A stretch of DNA of 64,000 nucleotides. Source: Planctomycetota bacterium (GTDB taxonomy: Bacteria; Planctomycetota; UBA1135; UBA2386). The notes below the pieces were generated by a model that had not been told where the DNA came from, searched no databases, and saw only the letters and a program-made list of their open reading frames with translations. Below, piece after piece: positions 19,114-28,524 of this stretch (positions are counted from its first letter, which is position 1; the number at the start of each line of letters is the position of its first letter). Location of the stretch: contig JADJWQ010000006.1 in assembly GCA_016716265.1 (NCBI GenBank), positions 2,595,166 to 2,659,165 of the forward strand. The letters run 5' to 3'. The position numbers and the translations under genes were made by a program.

Positions 19114-19311
19114 CGACGGCCGGCGCACGGATTCCGCGGGCCGCGGCTCGCGCTCGCGTGTGCTCCCGGACGGCGGGCGCCATGCCGCACCCGCAACGCC
19201 CGAATGACATCGGAGCCCGTGGATGACCTCGCTCTCGCGCGCGTCGCAATCGCGGTCCCCGCTGTCCGGCCGGCTGACGACGCTCTTCTCCGTCGCTGGC
19301 GATTCTCGGCT

Positions 19312-19325
19312 AATCGGCGCCGATT
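19312..19325. promoter_or_regulatory. perfect 14-bp palindrome AATCGGCGCCGATT in a low-GC upstream region
   Basis: It lies in the 428-bp intergenic region 19114..19541. That region has noticeably lower GC than its surroundings and precedes CDS 19542..21161. This is a candidate dimeric transcription-factor site. Confidence 0.25.
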
Positions 19326-19541
19326 GGCGGCACCTCCGGGGATCGAAAGAACCCGTACCGATCAACCCACGCAAACCGTCTCACCACGGAGGTCGATCTC
19401 ATGCGATCGTTCTCGAACTCGCGTCTCCGACTCGGCATCCCCCGGGGTGTATCCATCACGTTCACTGACAGGTCCTGCTACGAGGCTCAGGCACCAGCAC
19501 CTCACTCCTCGCGCCTCCGCTCTGCACGGTCGAGACCGACC

Positions 19542-21161
19542 GTGCGATGGTGGACGTGCCTACTGGTAGCCGTCCTGGCCCTCGCGTCTCCCGTGGCCGC
19601 GCAGAGCGCGTCGCTGACGACCACCTATCGATATGACGGCTTGGGCTACGGCGGCAACGGCGTCTTCTTCGATCTTCAGGTCCACGTGCCGGTCACGATA
19701 GACCGACTCGAGGCGAGCATAACGAATCGTCACCGGGTCGGCACCATCGAGCTGTGGTCGATCCCCGGCGGGCACTCCCTCGCCAACATCACGTCGACGA
19801 ACGGCTGGACCATGCAGGGATCGGCGACGGTGGTTTCCGAAGGCATCGGCGCGCCCTCCAGCGTCGTGTTCACCGACGGATCCGGAAATCCGGCGCCATT
19901 CACGCTGATGCCTGGACTGTACGGAATCGCCCTCTGCTACCAGAATCACGCCCCGGCCTACTCGACCTCCCCCCCGAACAATCGGGTCTACTCCAACAGC
20001 GACATGACCCTGACCGCAGGCTCGATACAGAGTGCCTACTTCGTCACCCCTAGGGCCGGTGCGGCCATATGGAACGGCACGATCTACTACACCGTCTCCC
20101 CGGCCTGGGCAACGTGGCAGTCGTACGGCACAGGCTGTCCGAGCACCTGGGCCGCGTTCTACGAGGGCTTCGGGGGTGCGGTCGATCTGGCCGGTGCGCC
20201 CGGCTCGGAGGGTGTCGTCCGGCTGGATCCGGTCGGGTCCGGATACCTCGTGACGATCGACAGTCCGGCGTGGCACACGCCGACGAGTGCTCCGCTATCT
20301 TTGGGAGACGACACGAACAGCGCACCCCAGTTGCTCCCGTTCACTCTGTCCTATCCGGGTGGGTCGACCAATCGCGTCATCGTCGGGTCCAATGGATATG
20401 TCTACCTCGGTTCAGGTGTGAGCGCACAGGCGTACTATGGGCGAAGGTCCCTGTTCCTCACCGATGGTCCCCGACTCGCAGCCTTCTGGGGCGATCTGAA
20501 TCCCGCCGCAGGTGGCTCGGTGCACTTCGACGTGGACCCGTCTGGCAATGCGGCGTACGTCACCTGGTTGGCGGTACCCGAATACGCGGTGCCGAACGCC
20601 GTGAGCACGTTCCAGATATGTATCCGGTCGAGTGGCATCATCGACTATCGGTACCGGTCCTGCGTGGTCGGTTTCGCCCAGGCGATCGCCGGCTGGAGTC
20701 CCGGCCGTGGCGTCCCCGAGCCCGAGCCGATCGACATCTCCGCAGCCGCCGCGGCGGGATTCGTCACCGGCCCGGATGCGAGGCCCATCACGCTGGGATG
20801 CACCGGCCGCCCGGTCCTCGGTCAGGGCATCAGCCTGGACGTCGCAGGCATACCCACCAACACCGCGCTCGCGGCCGTGTTGATGGGCTTCGGACGGACC
20901 CCGGCACCGGGTCTCTCGCTCGACAACCTGTTCGGCGGCACGGAGGGCTGCTTCCAGCACGTGACGGCCCCTCTGCTGACGGCCGGAGCGCTGGTCGGGC
21001 CCATGTCGACCGGCAGCATCGCGCTGACCGTCCCACTGGATCCGAGCTTCGCGGGCGGCCTGCTGTTCAACCAGGCCGTCGCAGCCATCAGTCCGCCGGC
21101 GTACACGACGAGCGGCCTGATCACCAGCAATGGTGTATGGCTCCTCCTCCAGGGTCTGTGA
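19542..21161 (+). CDS. secreted hypothetical protein with the shared C-terminal module
   Basis: In-frame GTG at 19542 gives signal peptide (V)RWWTCLLVAVLALASPVAAQ. The upstream ATG at 19401 would add a 47-aa Arg-rich leader. Protein-like composition over 540 aa. Confidence 0.6.
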   Translation: MRWWTCLLVAVLALASPVAAQSASLTTTYRYDGLGYGGNGVFFDLQVHVPVTIDRLEASITNRHRVGTIELWSIPGGHSLANITSTNGWTMQGSATVVSEGIGAPSSVVFTDGSGNPAPFTLMPGLYGIALCYQNHAPAYSTSPPNNRVYSNSDMTLTAGSIQSAYFVTPRAGAAIWNGTIYYTVSPAWATWQSYGTGCPSTWAAFYEGFGGAVDLAGAPGSEGVVRLDPVGSGYLVTIDSPAWHTPTSAPLSLGDDTNSAPQLLPFTLSYPGGSTNRVIVGSNGYVYLGSGVSAQAYYGRRSLFLTDGPRLAAFWGDLNPAAGGSVHFDVDPSGNAAYVTWLAVPEYAVPNAVSTFQICIRSSGIIDYRYRSCVVGFAQAIAGWSPGRGVPEPEPIDISAAAAAGFVTGPDARPITLGCTGRPVLGQGISLDVAGIPTNTALAAVLMGFGRTPAPGLSLDNLFGGTEGCFQHVTAPLLTAGALVGPMSTGSIALTVPLDPSFAGGLLFNQAVAAISPPAYTTSGLITSNGVWLLLQGL

Positions 21162-21619
21162 TCCTCGCGGACCGACGGCCGTGCAGAGCTGTGGCCCGCC
21201 CGCGTTCATGGGGATCGGCACGCAGCTCGACGACGTGAAGAGCGCCGACATCGCCTGGCTACCGTGACGGCGTATCCGGTGGCGGCCCATCGCATCGCGG
21301 AGCGACTCGATCTGCCTGGCGCCAACGGGTTTCGGCGCAGTGCTCGCCGTCACTTCGATCACGATCACGCGTCCACCGCCGAAACCGGCGAGCAGATCGA
21401 TCTCGAGGCGATCGCCCTGGTCACGTGACTGGTAGCGGCGGGGCCGACACCGGGACAGCGGGATCTCGGCACGCAGCCGCGACACGACGAGCGTCTCCGG
21501 CCTCCGGCCGCCTCCGTGGAGGTTCGGCCGACCATCGATGGACCGCCACGCGGGCCGGTGGCGCGGAGGTTGGCCCGGTTCACGCTCGGTTCCGAGGATC
21601 CGATCCAACACCGCCCTGG

Positions 21620-21752
21620 CAACGCATTCAGCCAGATCTCCGCGGCCCCGTTCGGATCGGCGCCGGTCGGCCGCGTGTCGAGCAGCAGCGCGTCGAGCCC
21701 GACCGGTCTCGCATTCGCCAACACCGGCCTCGTCATCGGCCTGCGCTGATGC
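21620..21752. repeat. copy B of the 133-bp direct repeat (orphan 3' gene fragment)
   Basis: Near-identical to 13941..14073. Upstream similarity extends weakly to about 21600 (NAFSQISAAPFGSAPVGRV versus NAFTQVFAAPYGPAPVGRV). No intact gene ends here. Confidence 0.85.
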
Positions 21753-21818
21753 CCACACGCCGCTGGCGCCGGCCGCGAGGCGGCGGGACGATGGCGGTCC
21801 CCGTCCCGCACGGCGCCC

Positions 21819-23057
21819 ATGCAGCGAGCCGATCCGCACCTCGACCGCCGCCACTTCCTCGGCCTGACGGCCGCCGCCGGTGCGGCAGCGCTCCGACCCG
21901 CACTGCGCGCAGGTGCCCGCGTGCAGGAGCCGCCGCCCCACCTGCGTGGCCATGCCGAGCTGTTCGCGCGCGACCCGCGCGCCGCAGCCGTCGCGTGGTT
22001 CGCTGAGGCGCGGTTCGGCCTGTTCATGCACTACGGGCTCTATGCGCTGCTCGGGCGCGGCGAGTGGGTGATGTTCCGGGAGCGGATCCCGGTCGAGCAG
22101 TATGCGAAGCTCCAGCAGCGCTTCGCGCCCGACGCGTTCGACGCCGACCGCATCACCGACCTCGCGCTACAGGCCGGCATGCGCTACGTGAACATGACGA
22201 GCCGCCACCACGACGGCTTCTGCCTGTTCCACTCGGCGATGACCGAGTTCACGAGCGTGCGTTGCCCGGCGCGGCGCGATCTCGTCGGCGAACTGGCGGA
22301 GCAATGCCAGCGCAAGGGCCTCGGCCTGTTCCTGTACTACAGCTACGCGCTCGACTGGCGCCACCCGTGGTACTACTCGCGCGCGCACAGCGACATCGCC
22401 CGGCCCGACTACGTCGAGCCCGATCCCGCCTACCGCTGGCAGCGCGACGCGGACTTCGCACGCTACATCGACTACGTGCACGCCCAGCTCCGCGAGCTGC
22501 TGACCGGCTACGGACCGCTCGCCGGCCTCTGGTTCGATCCGATCATGGGCTTCTATGCGCGCCCGGACCTGTTCCCGGTCACCGAGACCTACGCGCTGGT
22601 CCGCGCGCTGCAGCCGCATTGCCTGATCTCGTTCAAGCAGGGTGCGACCGGCACCGAGGACTTCGCGGCTCCGGAGCGCCACGGCCGGTCGCTCGCCGAC
22701 AACGTACAGCGCCGCTTCGGCGACCCGGAGCGCACGCGCGTCGCGGCCGCCGCCTGGGAGGCGAACCGCGACAAGCACAACGAGATCTGCGACACGCTGC
22801 AGCCGGGCGTGTGGGGTTACCGGGCGGCCGACGACGGCAATCACCGCGGCGCCGACGAGACCTGGACGATGCTGCGGCAGGCGGGCGCGGCGCGCTGCAA
22901 CCTGCTGCTGAACACCGGCCCGCTGCCCGACGGCTCGCTACACTCCGACGACGTCGCGACGCTGCACGCGGTCGGCCGACGGATCGCGGCCGAGGGCTAT
23001 CCGTCGGACCGAGCCGCCCGAGGACTCGATGCGAACCGATTCCGATCGAAGCCGTGA
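21819..23057 (+). CDS. alpha-L-fucosidase (glycoside hydrolase family 29), Tat-signal
   Basis: Twin-arginine-like DRRHFLGLTAAAGAAAL. GH29 N-terminal signature FGLFMHYGLYALLGRGEWVM. 412 aa. Confidence 0.85.
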   Translation: MQRADPHLDRRHFLGLTAAAGAAALRPALRAGARVQEPPPHLRGHAELFARDPRAAAVAWFAEARFGLFMHYGLYALLGRGEWVMFRERIPVEQYAKLQQRFAPDAFDADRITDLALQAGMRYVNMTSRHHDGFCLFHSAMTEFTSVRCPARRDLVGELAEQCQRKGLGLFLYYSYALDWRHPWYYSRAHSDIARPDYVEPDPAYRWQRDADFARYIDYVHAQLRELLTGYGPLAGLWFDPIMGFYARPDLFPVTETYALVRALQPHCLISFKQGATGTEDFAAPERHGRSLADNVQRRFGDPERTRVAAAAWEANRDKHNEICDTLQPGVWGYRAADDGNHRGADETWTMLRQAGAARCNLLLNTGPLPDGSLHSDDVATLHAVGRRIAAEGYPSDRAARGLDANRFRSKP

Positions 23058-23400
23058 GAGTGGACGACGGCTGCGCGCCGCGCTCCGCTGCGTCGCGCTG
23101 GGCGCGCTGCTCGCGTTGCCGAGCTGCTTCACCGCCGCGCTGTGGGGCGTCGACGTGTTCGGCGCCGACGAAGAGTTCCCCGACCCGCCGCCGGCCGCCG
23201 GAGCGGACGAGTCGGACGTCGACTGGTCCACCGAGGCGATCATGGGACGGGTCCTGCTGACCCCGATCGCGGTGGGTCTCGACCTGCTCACCTGCCCGAT
23301 CCAGGCCTGGCTGCTCGGCCTGGCCGACGACGACGACGAAGGTCACGATCGCCGGCGCCGGCGCCGCGACCCGGATCCGTGCATCCTACCCGCGCATTGA
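23029..23400 (+). CDS. small hypothetical membrane/lipoprotein
   Basis: Signal-like LRAALRCVALGALLALPSC and a second hydrophobic helix. A degenerate partial copy of this gene occurs at 23860..24010, which argues that it is a real coding sequence. Confidence 0.4.
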   Translation: MRTDSDRSRESGRRLRAALRCVALGALLALPSCFTAALWGVDVFGADEEFPDPPPAAGADESDVDWSTEAIMGRVLLTPIAVGLDLLTCPIQAWLLGLADDDDEGHDRRRRRRDPDPCILPAH

Positions 23401-23656
23401 GGCCCGCGCGTCAGCGCCCCGCGCCGGCCGGGTGCGCATGAGCACGGTCACCGTCCGCGACGACCGGCTCCAGCCGGCCGTGCCATGGCCGGGGACAAGG
23501 CGGATCGTGACCTGCGGATGCTGATCGAGGCTCGGTCCCCGGTTCCACCGCCCTGTCCCGATCGATGGCCTGGTTTCGATCCGCGACGCCCGCGATTTCA
23601 ATCTGCCGGGCTCCAAACCCGCAAACTGCAGGACGATCTGCCTGGGCTCCATCACC

Positions 23657-23880
23657 ATGGAAGCCGGGCGGATGTACCCGCGCCACATCGCCTGGCGCCT
23701 CGCCGAGGCGCTGGAAGACTCGCCGGTGGTGCTCATCCACGGCCCACGGCAGTGCGGCGAGACGACGCTGGCCCGAGTGTGGGGGGAGCCCGAGGGCCAC
23801 GCGTACCGTTCGCTCGACGAGGCAGTGACGCTCGAGGCCGCGCGCCGCTGCATCGCGCTGGTGCGCCAGGGGCGCTGCTC
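23657..23880 (+). pseudogene. N-terminal fragment of an AAA+ ATPase (COG1373 / AAA_14-DUF4143 family)
   Basis: YPRHIAWRLAEALEDSPVVLIHGPRQCGETTLARVW...YRSLDEAVTLEAARR matches the conserved N-terminus of this ATPase family (HGPRQCGETTL is a Walker A GxxxxGKT-like variant). Only about 75 aa are present, after which the sequence diverges. Confidence 0.45.
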
Positions 23881-24010
23881 GCATTGCCAAGCGGGTTCGC
23901 CGACGGCTTTGGGGCGTCGACGTGTGAGCCGACGACGACGACCGCCACGATCGACGGCACCGCCGCCGCGACCCCGATCCGTGCGTCGTCCCCGCGCATC
24001 GAGGCCGGCG
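23860..24010. repeat. degenerate partial duplicate of CDS 23029..23400 (5' and 3' parts, internal deletion)
   Basis: ggcgcgctgctcgc.ttgcc...ggggcgtcgacgtgt...gacgacgacga...cgcgaccc.gatccgtgc.tc...cccgcgcat.gaggcc.gcgcgtcagcgccc is shared with 23095..23440. Encoded peptide GALLALPSGF... versus GALLALPSCF... Confidence 0.7.
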
Positions 24011-24012
24011 CG

Positions 24013-24897
24013 TCAGCGCCCCTCGCCTGCCGCGTGCGCGTGACCGCGGTCGAACAGCAACGTCGCCAGCAGGCGTCGCGCGGCCCCGACGAGCGCGGCG
24101 TCGGCGGACGCCGGACCGTCGAGCAGGGCGGTCAGCTCGGCTGCAGCGCTGCGCGGCTCACCGTGGTCCGCGAGCGCGCGGGCGTGCAGCAGCCGCTCGT
24201 CGCCGCTGCGGTCCGCGGCCGGCACGGCGTCGAGCAGCGCGAGTGCATCGGCCGGGCGGCGCTCGGCGAGCAGTACGCGGGCGGCCAGTGCGCGGGGCGC
24301 CGGGTCGCCGCAGCCGGCGAGCGCTGCGCGCATCGCCCGCACATCACCGCGCGCCTCGTGCACGCGGACCGCGAGCTCGGCGTCGGCGGGCGCGCGCAGC
24401 AGCGACGCGGCCGCGGCGTCCGGCAGTCCGAGCTCGAGCTCGAGCCGCGCGCGGCGCAGCCAGTCGGCAGGCGTGAGGCGGGCACGCCGACGCAGCGCAT
24501 CGAGCTCCGGAGCCGCGCGGCGCGCCACCGCGACGAACGCAAGCCAGTCGGCGGCCGACGCGCCGGCGGGCAGGCGCGCGAGCAGCGCACCGTCGGCGGC
24601 GAGCGCGAAGGTGCCGCAGCCGCGTGCGACGGCGGCGAGTTCTGCCGGCAGCTCCGCGATGGTCAGCTCGGTGAGGTCGACGCGCTCGGCGAGCGCCCGG
24701 ACGTCGCGGCGCGCGAGCACCTCGCGGTCCATCGCGTCGCTGACCGGCCGGCCCGGCCAACGCACGTGCACGAAGCGCAGCGGCGCCGCCTGCGACCCGT
24801 CGCCAGCCGCGCCTTCGCTCCGAGCCGCACGTCCGCACGCGACGACCGCGCAGCACAACGCGATCGACGCCGCGCCTCGTGCGCGGCGCGCGATCAC
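24013..24897 (-). CDS. hypothetical Ala/Leu-rich (TPR-like) lipoprotein, translationally coupled to the upstream C45 gene
   Basis: GTG start overlaps the TGA stop of the C45 gene in the sequence GTGA. Lipoprotein-like signal RRARGAASIALCCAVVAC. Confidence 0.5.
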   Translation of the reverse strand: MIARRARGAASIALCCAVVACGRAARSEGAAGDGSQAAPLRFVHVRWPGRPVSDAMDREVLARRDVRALAERVDLTELTIAELPAELAAVARGCGTFALAADGALLARLPAGASAADWLAFVAVARRAAPELDALRRRARLTPADWLRRARLELELGLPDAAAASLLRAPADAELAVRVHEARGDVRAMRAALAGCGDPAPRALAARVLLAERRPADALALLDAVPAADRSGDERLLHARALADHGEPRSAAAELTALLDGPASADAALVGAARRLLATLLFDRGHAHAAGEGR

Positions 24898-26192
24898 CGC
24901 CCGCCGTCCCCCGCCGCCGCGACGCCCCCCCGCTCCGCCTCGCCGATCAGCGCGCGGATGTCGAGCCCGTCGGCGCGGTCCCAGGCATCCTCGGCCTCCC
25001 CACGCCGCATGCGGACGCCGAACGAGCCGGTGCCGAGGTCGGCGACGCACTGGTAGAGCGTCGTGTCGACCTGCGGCAGCCCGATCGTGCGCCAGGCGGC
25101 GGCCACGTCGAGCACGCTCGAATCACCGCCCGTCAGCGCCCGCTCCAGACGGTCGTAGCGCCAGCAGCGCGGATGCTGGCTCGCTCCGTTGCCCTGGCTC
25201 GGCAGGCGGTGGTGGTTCGTGCAGGCGATCCAATCCGCGCCATCCTGCGGCTCGCGGATCGTGAACTCGTGCTCCGCCGTCGATCGCGTGTCGATCTCGA
25301 GGACGACCGCGCCCGGCGCGTCACCGGCCCACGCGAGCATCACGTTGCCGCCCATGCCGACGCGGTAGCCATGCGCGATGCGCACGGCCTGCTCCGCGGC
25401 ATCGGCCGCCGGACCGAGGCGCTCGACGATCTCCTGCAGCACCAGCGGCCGCGGCGTCACGCGGCGCTCGCCACGGAGCTTCATGAACACGTCGTGCACG
25501 GCGACGGCGACGCCACGCTCGCTGACGGCGGTCAGCACGCCGACGCTGCCCGGCCAGCCGATCTCGACGAAGCCGGCGCGGCCCTCGGCGGGAGCGTGGA
25601 CCTTGACCATCGTCTGCTGCAGCAGCTCGGGCGTGCTGAAGTAGTCGAGATTGCGGCCGACGACGGGAGCGCCGGTCGCGGTGCGAGCCCCAAAGGCCGC
25701 GAACGACGAGCAGGCGAGGCCGGCGATGTCGGGAATCGCGGCCACGCCGAGCAGGTCGTCGACGGTCAGGTCGCGCCGGAGCTCGGGAATCTCGAGCAGG
25801 TCGACGTCGCGCGCGGCGACGCCGTCCAGCAAGCCTCGGCAGCGCTCCTGCACGCGCTCGGGGAAGGTCATGCCCGTGCGCACCTTCGGGAGCACGCCGA
25901 CGTTCCAGCCGGCTGCGCCCCCCGGGACCATGCCGCTCGCGAGCAGGCTGCGGAAGCCGCGGGCCGTCTCGGCGGCCATCAGGTAGCCCTCGGCGAAACC
26001 GCGCTCGTAGTCGGTGCCACGCAGGAACAGGACCTCGACGCCGTCGATCGTGCGGCGGTGGCCGGTCAGCTCGACGGTCGCCGGGGTGGCCTGCGCGACC
26101 AGCTGCGGCACGCACTGCACCGCGAAGGACAGCGCGAGGGCGGCGGCGAACGCATGGGCACGGAGCGGCGGCAGATGGTGACTTGGCTTCAT
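24894..26192 (-). CDS. peptidase C45 family Ntn-hydrolase (acyl-CoA:6-APA acyltransferase-like), secreted
   Basis: Signal peptide [35 protein letters not shown]. Conserved Gly-Cys nucleophile context [11 protein letters not shown]. 432 aa. Confidence 0.75.
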   Translation of the reverse strand: MKPSHHLPPLRAHAFAAALALSFAVQCVPQLVAQATPATVELTGHRRTIDGVEVLFLRGTDYERGFAEGYLMAAETARGFRSLLASGMVPGGAAGWNVGVLPKVRTGMTFPERVQERCRGLLDGVAARDVDLLEIPELRRDLTVDDLLGVAAIPDIAGLACSSFAAFGARTATGAPVVGRNLDYFSTPELLQQTMVKVHAPAEGRAGFVEIGWPGSVGVLTAVSERGVAVAVHDVFMKLRGERRVTPRPLVLQEIVERLGPAADAAEQAVRIAHGYRVGMGGNVMLAWAGDAPGAVVLEIDTRSTAEHEFTIREPQDGADWIACTNHHRLPSQGNGASQHPRCWRYDRLERALTGGDSSVLDVAAAWRTIGLPQVDTTLYQCVADLGTGSFGVRMRRGEAEDAWDRADGLDIRALIGEAERGGVAAAGDGGR

Positions 26193-26308
26193 GGTCCTCG
26201 GGATTCCCCGCGCGCGGCAGCAGGGCGGGGGCAGACGGGCCAGCAGGCTATCGCCGACTCGCGCGTGTCGGTAGGTGCACCCGCCCCGCTATCCTGCGCG
26301 GTGTCGCC

Positions 26309-28462
26309 ATGACCACCCCCGACTTCACGTCCCTGCGCTACGAGGACTTCGCCGCTCTCCCGCAGCCCGCCGCCGACCCCAACGCGGCACCCGGCCGCGT
26401 GACGACGACGCCGGAGGGCATCGACGTCCAGGGGGCATACGGGCCCGCCGACGTCGCCGGGCTCGACGCGCAGCTCGACTCCCTGCCGGGGTTCCCGCCG
26501 TTCGTGCGCGGGCCGTACCCGTCGATGTACGCGGGCCGGCCGTGGACGATCCGCCAGTACGCGGGGTTCTCGACCGCCGAGGAGTCGAACGCGTTCTACC
26601 GCCACAATCTGGCGATGGGCCAGCAGGGCCTGTCGATCGCGTTCGACCTCGCGACGCACCGCGGCTACGACTCGGACCACCCGCGCGTGATCGGCGACGT
26701 CGGCATGGCGGGGGTCGCAATCGACTCGATCCGCGACATGCGGATCCTGTTCGACGGGATCCCGCTCGATCGGGTGTCGGTGTCGATGACCATGAACGGC
26801 GCAGTGATCCCGATCATGGCGCTCTACGTCGTCGCTGCGGAGGAGCAGGGCGTGCCGCCGGAGCGGCTCAGCGGGACCATCCAGAACGACATCCTGAAGG
26901 AGTTCATGGTCCGCAACACCTACATCTACCCGCCCGGGCCCTCGATGCGGATCATCGGCGACATCTTCGCATGGTGTGCCGAGCACATGCCGAAGTTCAA
27001 TTGCATATCGGTCAGCGGCTATCACATGCAGGAGGCCGGCGCGACCGCGGACATCGAGCTCGCCTACACGCTCGCCGATGGCATGGAGTATCTGCGACAG
27101 GGCGTGAAGGCCGGTCTGGCGGTCGACGACTTCGCGCCCCGCATCTCGTTCTTCTGGGCGATCGGCATGGACTTCTTCATGGAGGTCGCCAAGCTGCGCG
27201 CCGCACGGCTGCTGTGGGCACGCATCGTGAGCTCGTTCGGCAGCACCAATCCCAAGTCGCTCGCGCTGCGCACGCACTGCCAGACTTCCGGCTGGTCGCT
27301 CACCGAGCAGTCGCCGTGGAACAACGTGGCGCGCACCTGCGTCGAGGCGCTCGCCGCCGCCAGCGGCGGCACGCAGAGCCTGCACACCAATGCCCTCGAC
27401 GAAGCCATCGCGCTGCCGTCGAACATGTCGGCGCGCATCGCCCGCAACACGCAGCTCGTCCTGCAGAACGAGAGTGAGCTGTGCCGGGCAATCGATCCGT
27501 TCGGCGGTTCGTACCACGTCGAGCGGCTGACCGCCGACCTCGCGGAACGCGCCTGGTCGCTGATCCAGGAGGTCGAAGAGCGCGGCGGCATGGCGGCGGC
27601 GATCGAGACCGGCCTGCCGAAGCTCCGTATCGAGGAGGCCGCGGCACGGCGACAGGCGCGCATCGATGCCGGCAAGGACGTCATCGTCGGCGTCAATCGC
27701 TACCAGGGTGCCGGTGACGAGCCGATGGACATCCTGTCGGTCGACAACCGGAAGGTGCGCGAGGCGCAGCTGCGCAGGCTCGCGGAGCTGAAGGCGGAAC
27801 GCGACACAGCCGCGGTCGGGTCGAAGCTCGCAGCATTGACCGACGGTGCGCGCGGCCACGCGAACCTGCTCGGACTCGCGATCGACGCGGCGCGCGCCGG
27901 CGCGACCGTGGGCGAGATCAGCTCCGCGATGGAAGAGGTGTTCGGTCGCTACCAGGCCCAGGTGCGCACGATCGGCGGCGTCTACGCGAGCGAGGTGCAG
28001 GACCTCGAGCCGGTGCGCCGCGTGCAGGCATCGACCCGCGAGTTCGCACAGCGGGAAGGACGCCGCCCGCGGATCCTGGTCGCCAAGATGGGCCAGGACG
28101 GTCACGATCGCGGTGCGAAGGTGATCGCGACCGCGTTCGCCGATCTCGGCTTCGACGTCGACGTCGGACCGCTGTTCCAGACGCCCGAGGAGGTCGCGCG
28201 TCAGGCGGTCGACAACGACGTGCACATCGTCGGCGTGTCGTCCCTCGCGGGTGGTCACCGCGAGCTGGTGCCCGCCCTGGTCGCGGAGCTGCGGCGGCAG
28301 GGCGCCGACGACGTGCTGGTGGTCGTCGGCGGTGTGATTCCGCGGCAGGACCATGCGGCCCTCGAGGCCGCCGGGTGCGCCGCGGTGTTCGGCCCCGGTA
28401 CGGTGATCCCGGAAGCCGCGGAGCGCCTGCTGAAGATCCTCGCCCGGCGCCCCGCCGACTGA
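26309..28462 (+). CDS. methylmalonyl-CoA mutase (fused catalytic + B12-binding domains)
   Basis: Conserved MCM substrate-domain motifs ([30 protein letters not shown]; [15 protein letters not shown]; [10 protein letters not shown]). C-terminal cobalamin-binding domain ([23 protein letters not shown]...[13 protein letters not shown]). 717 aa. Confidence 0.9.
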   Translation: MTTPDFTSLRYEDFAALPQPAADPNAAPGRVTTTPEGIDVQGAYGPADVAGLDAQLDSLPGFPPFVRGPYPSMYAGRPWTIRQYAGFSTAEESNAFYRHNLAMGQQGLSIAFDLATHRGYDSDHPRVIGDVGMAGVAIDSIRDMRILFDGIPLDRVSVSMTMNGAVIPIMALYVVAAEEQGVPPERLSGTIQNDILKEFMVRNTYIYPPGPSMRIIGDIFAWCAEHMPKFNCISVSGYHMQEAGATADIELAYTLADGMEYLRQGVKAGLAVDDFAPRISFFWAIGMDFFMEVAKLRAARLLWARIVSSFGSTNPKSLALRTHCQTSGWSLTEQSPWNNVARTCVEALAAASGGTQSLHTNALDEAIALPSNMSARIARNTQLVLQNESELCRAIDPFGGSYHVERLTADLAERAWSLIQEVEERGGMAAAIETGLPKLRIEEAAARRQARIDAGKDVIVGVNRYQGAGDEPMDILSVDNRKVREAQLRRLAELKAERDTAAVGSKLAALTDGARGHANLLGLAIDAARAGATVGEISSAMEEVFGRYQAQVRTIGGVYASEVQDLEPVRRVQASTREFAQREGRRPRILVAKMGQDGHDRGAKVIATAFADLGFDVDVGPLFQTPEEVARQAVDNDVHIVGVSSLAGGHRELVPALVAELRRQGADDVLVVVGGVIPRQDHAALEAAGCAAVFGPGTVIPEAAERLLKILARRPAD

Positions 28463-28524
28463 CGGCCGGCGCTCCGTTACGATCGAGTTCTCGCCGCCTG
28501 CCCCGCGCCCGCATCCTCCCCTCC

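Noticed and set aside
15953-19226. ORFs 15953..18304 (-, 783 aa) and 16452..19226 (+, 924 aa, before 18150)
   Set aside because: They overlap the kinase gene in other frames or strands. Only the 18150-onward part of the plus ORF has a protein-like sequence with an RBS and signal peptide.
20412-22031. 539-aa minus-strand ORF
   Set aside because: It is antisense to the secreted-protein gene 19542..21161 and runs through the orphan repeat region. The translation is Arg-rich.
23545-23645. Possible tRNA 3' fragment (GGTTTCGATCC...) next to the AAA-ATPase fragment, considered as an integration att site
   Set aside because: I could not fold a convincing T-arm and acceptor stem or an anticodon arm on either strand. 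The resemblance to GGTTCGAATCC is superficial.
26193-26308. Cobalamin riboswitch upstream of methylmalonyl-CoA mutase
   Set aside because: No B12-box-like conserved core was recognisable in the 116-bp leader. Mutase genes are not usually riboswitch-controlled.
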